NCBI GenBank assembly: GCA_963804995.1
Contig: CAWDSK010000006.1
Coordinates: 2,016,001 to 2,080,000 of the forward strand
Direction of reading: 5' to 3'
Source of the DNA: an uncultured Acidobacteriota bacterium
GTDB lineage: Bacteria; Acidobacteriota; Terriglobia; UBA7540
DNA: 64,000 bases
Positions 59,454 through 64,000 of this stretch are shown piece after piece. A program made the translations under genes and the position numbers. How positions within the stretch are numbered: the stretch's first letter is position 1; each line of letters begins with the position of its first letter. A model generated the notes under the pieces. That model had not been told where the DNA came from and did no database searches. It saw only the letters and a program-made list of their open reading frames with translations.

Positions 59454-60575
59454 ATGAAGAGGGTTGATTTACAAAGCCACAAAGTGCTGACCGGCAAGAA
59501 TCTGGAAGCCGCAGTGTCCGCAGGGGCGAGTGAGATTGTGCTCGCGGAGGGCGCGGTCCTGACGCCCACCGCGCGCGACATCATTCGCCGCGCCGGTTTG
59601 ACGATCATCGGCAACCACCACGGGCCGAGCACTCAATCCGCCGGAACTGGCGCTGCCGCGCCTGCGGTCCAGCGGCTTGCGCCGTCTGTTGCAAGCCCTA
59701 TTCTCTCCAAGTCCGCGCGCTCGGAAGAAGCCCTTCTGAATTCGCCTGAGGCGCAAGTCATCAAGCAGGAAATGATTCGGGTGGGAAGGAAACTCTGGGA
59801 CCGGCAATATGTGGACGGGAATGGCGGCAACATCACCTATCGCATCACGCCCGACCGTGTAATCTGCACACCTACCCTGCTGAGCAAGGCTGACCTGACC
59901 CCCGACGATTTCTGCCTGGTGGATTTGGAAGGAAACCAATTGGCAGGGAAGACCAACCGCACCAGTGAGGTCTATCTGCACTTGCAGGTTTACAAGACGG
60001 TCCCTGAAGCGCGCGCGGCGGTGCACGCCCATCCGCCCCACGCCACGGCTTATGCTATCTCGGGGCGGGTGCCTCCTCGCTGCGTCATTCCTGAGCAGGA
60101 TGTCTTTGTCGGATCGGTCGCCATCTCACCGTATGAGACGCCCGGCACGCGCGAGTTCGCGAAGACCATCATTCCTTATGTGAAGGACCACAACACCATA
60201 TTGTTGTCTAATCACGGCATCATCTGCTGGGCTGACACCGTTACGCACGCCGAATGGTACGTGGAAGTTGTCGACACTTACTGCCGCACGCTGATGCTGG
60301 CCGCGCAACTGGGCGCCGGCATCACGCGCATTCCTCCCGAAAAGGAAAAGCTACTGCTGGAAGTTAAAAAGCGCCTGGGGTTGCCCGATGCCAAGTTCGG
60401 CCTCGAAGAGTGCCAGCTCTGCGACCAGCCGGAAACTCCCGGAGGCATCACCGTCTGCCCCACCACCTGCCCGAAGAATTGCCCCGGCGGGTGTGGCGGG
60501 AAGACTCAGGATGTGGAAGCCCTCGTAAAGACCATCACTGACGAAGTCATGGCCGCGCTAGAGACGAAGGCTTAG
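59454..60575 (+). CDS. Class II aldolase (FucA-like) with an extra N-terminal domain and C-terminal encapsulation peptide
   Basis: GNGGNI, TPT, TSEVYLH, VHAHPPHATA, LSNHG; C-terminal DVEALVKTITDEVMAAL. Confidence 0.92.
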   Translation: MKRVDLQSHKVLTGKNLEAAVSAGASEIVLAEGAVLTPTARDIIRRAGLTIIGNHHGPSTQSAGTGAAAPAVQRLAPSVASPILSKSARSEEALLNSPEAQVIKQEMIRVGRKLWDRQYVDGNGGNITYRITPDRVICTPTLLSKADLTPDDFCLVDLEGNQLAGKTNRTSEVYLHLQVYKTVPEARAAVHAHPPHATAYAISGRVPPRCVIPEQDVFVGSVAISPYETPGTREFAKTIIPYVKDHNTILLSNHGIICWADTVTHAEWYVEVVDTYCRTLMLAAQLGAGITRIPPEKEKLLLEVKKRLGLPDAKFGLEECQLCDQPETPGGITVCPTTCPKNCPGGCGGKTQDVEALVKTITDEVMAALETKA

Positions 60576-60622
60576 CCCGGGTTCACAAACACGATGCCCC
60601 AAAGCCCTCATGCGCCTGCACA

Positions 60623-60880
60623 CTATCGGTACACCTCGCGCCGGTGACCCACCTTCACTACCAGCACCGTTAGTTCTGCATCCGAAACGGAGTACACAAC
60701 CCGGTAGGGGCCCTGACGCACTCGGTATTTTTCCTGCGCGGAGAGCTTCTCTGAGCCGGGTGGCCGGGGATTGTCGGAAAGGGTTGCGATTCTCTTTGCG
60801 ATGCGGGCACGGTCTTTCCCGGGGATGGCCTCGATTTCTTTTACCGCAGAGGGCTTGATCAATACCCTATAGCTTTCCAC
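60623..60880 (-). CDS. RelE/ParE-family toxin
   Basis: YRVLIKPSAVKE, NPRPPGSEKL, YRVRQGPYRVVY, KVGHRREVYR. Confidence 0.92.
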   Translation of the reverse strand: MESYRVLIKPSAVKEIEAIPGKDRARIAKRIATLSDNPRPPGSEKLSAQEKYRVRQGPYRVVYSVSDAELTVLVVKVGHRREVYR

Positions 60881-61100
60881 GTCGCCTCAGGTCCTTAAGG
60901 ACTAATTCGAAAGCGAGGTTAGGCTCCTTCGCCCGCTCTTCAAAGGCTGCCAAATCTTCCGCATCTTCAGCCAGGCTCCGCTTCACAGCGTCATTTACGA
61001 TTTCAGATAGACTGCGCTCAGTCCCCGCAGCTTTGACCTTCAGCGCTCGGTGGAGGCTTGCGTCGAAATAAACCGTGGCACGCTTCTGCGTTGCTCCCAT
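60867..61100 (-). CDS. CopG/ribbon-helix-helix antitoxin
   Basis: KRATVYF..LHRALKVKAA..SLSEIVN..LAEDAEDL; overlaps the toxin start. Confidence 0.85.
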   Translation of the reverse strand: MGATQKRATVYFDASLHRALKVKAAGTERSLSEIVNDAVKRSLAEDAEDLAAFEERAKEPNLAFELVLKDLRRRGKL

Positions 61101-61322
61101 GTGCTGATTATGACGTTTCGATGTTATAACGTCAAGACGTTTGCCCGGGCCATGGAAGCGATGGTCTTCAAAGGGGCAAACCCTGCCGCCCACCTGGAAC
61201 TACGGTTGTCCCCAAGGCGAGTGTGGCGATGTGAAATCGCCGCTACCGGTTGCGTCATTCCCACCAGGGCGGGAATTCAAGTCAAACAATGAATCGCGCT
61301 CTCCCCAGCGGACCAAACCATC

Positions 61323-63341
<2,019 letters not shown>

Positions 63342-63442
63342 TCACAGGTTCGAGCACGATGTAGAAGAGGAATTATAACCCCGGTGGGGCCGGCGGGTGG
63401 GAAGCGGAGTTTGCCGCCCTTCTCCAGCCTGCGCGCCGCGCT

Positions 63443-63547
63443 TTGGATTGCGGTAGCAGCAGCTACCGCCTTGCTTCCTCCCCACATTGCACATTTGCCG
63501 TATGAACAGAAGGCGGAAAGCGGTAGCTGCTGCGACCGCAGTCCAAG
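63443..63547. repeat. Inverted hairpin pair (REP-like, possibly Acido-Lenti-1-like)
   Basis: TTGGATTGCGGTAGCAGCAGCTACCGC ... GCGGTAGCTGCTGCGACCGCAGTCCAA. Confidence 0.6.
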
Positions 63548-63604
63548 GTGCCTTCGGCACACATGCTTTCAGGGTAGCAAGCGGTAGTGTCCTGGATTAA
63601 ATTC

Positions 63605-63660
63605 ATTGAACGCTGGCACAAATCGCTCAAGAGTGCGTGCATCAGGCGGGGACCAACTCC
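63605..63660 (+). pseudogene. Tiny remnant of an IS3-like integrase core
   Basis: Translates IERWHKSLKSACIRRG, resembling the catalytic-Glu helix of IS3-type DDE transposases; no other part of the gene is present. Confidence 0.45.
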
Positions 63661-63780
63661 GAGAGCCGTGTTGCGTAGGCCTCCGGCAGAGAAATGGCCG
63701 GAAAATATTCCCCTGTTCAGCACCACCCCGTCGCTCGGCCCCGATGATCAATTTGGAAAGAACACGCTATCGGCGCTCGG

Positions 63781-63870
63781 CGCGCCACCCCTCCTCATCA
63801 GAGGCGGGGAGTTCCGAAACAACTCCCCTCCTAATTTAGGAGGGGTGGCGCGCCGAGCGACGGGGTGGTT
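63781..63870. repeat. Palindromic repeat, CTCCCCTCCT..AGGAGGGG family
   Basis: Related to the in-frame insert at 39355-39441. Confidence 0.7.
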
Positions 63871-64000
63871 ACGATGGGTGGCGCCTTGGGCGCCGGGGTG
63901 GTTATTCCCTTGAGCATTTCCGCCGGGGTGGCTATCCGCAGTGAGGCGGCATTCATCCCGATCTGATCGGGACGCCGCCATATGGCGAGGTAAACTCGCC

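Noticed and set aside
55052..60575. Pdu, Eut, glycyl-radical or carboxysome locus
   Set aside because: No diol dehydratase, ethanolamine ammonia-lyase, glycyl radical enzyme or RuBisCO; the signature enzyme is an aldolase.

Overview
GC-rich bacterial window whose gene content suggests Acidobacteriota (inference from the TonB-type receptors, VWA protein, sulfatase-TPR protein and dense palindromic repeats). Main blocks: (1) oxidoreductase plus class III aminotransferase; (2) a frameshifted HEAT-repeat gene; (3) a ~5.6 kb defence-like islet (AbiJ-like gene, membrane KAP NTPase, HigBA-like TA) bounded by 32-bp direct repeats and containing two 97-bp structured direct repeats of unknown identity; (4) an IS110-family element with a long downstream non-coding region that resembles its own reconstructed target; (5) PadR, a glycosidase-like gene, an RND efflux system, a multicopper oxidase, RecQ, an M20 hydrolase, a TonB-type receptor, a sulfatase and a xanthine-dehydrogenase-family pair; (6) a frameshifted penicillin acylase; (7) a complete group II intron inserted inside a GTAG-type REP, with EBS1/IBS1 pairing visible; (8) a glycosidase and L-fucose-isomerase-family gene next to a PVM-like bacterial microcompartment locus with PduS/PduT; (9) a RelE-type TA and ligA. 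Several palindromic and short tandem repeat families fill the intergenic space, and two have entered coding sequence. All calls are from reading the sequence only; no database searches were run.
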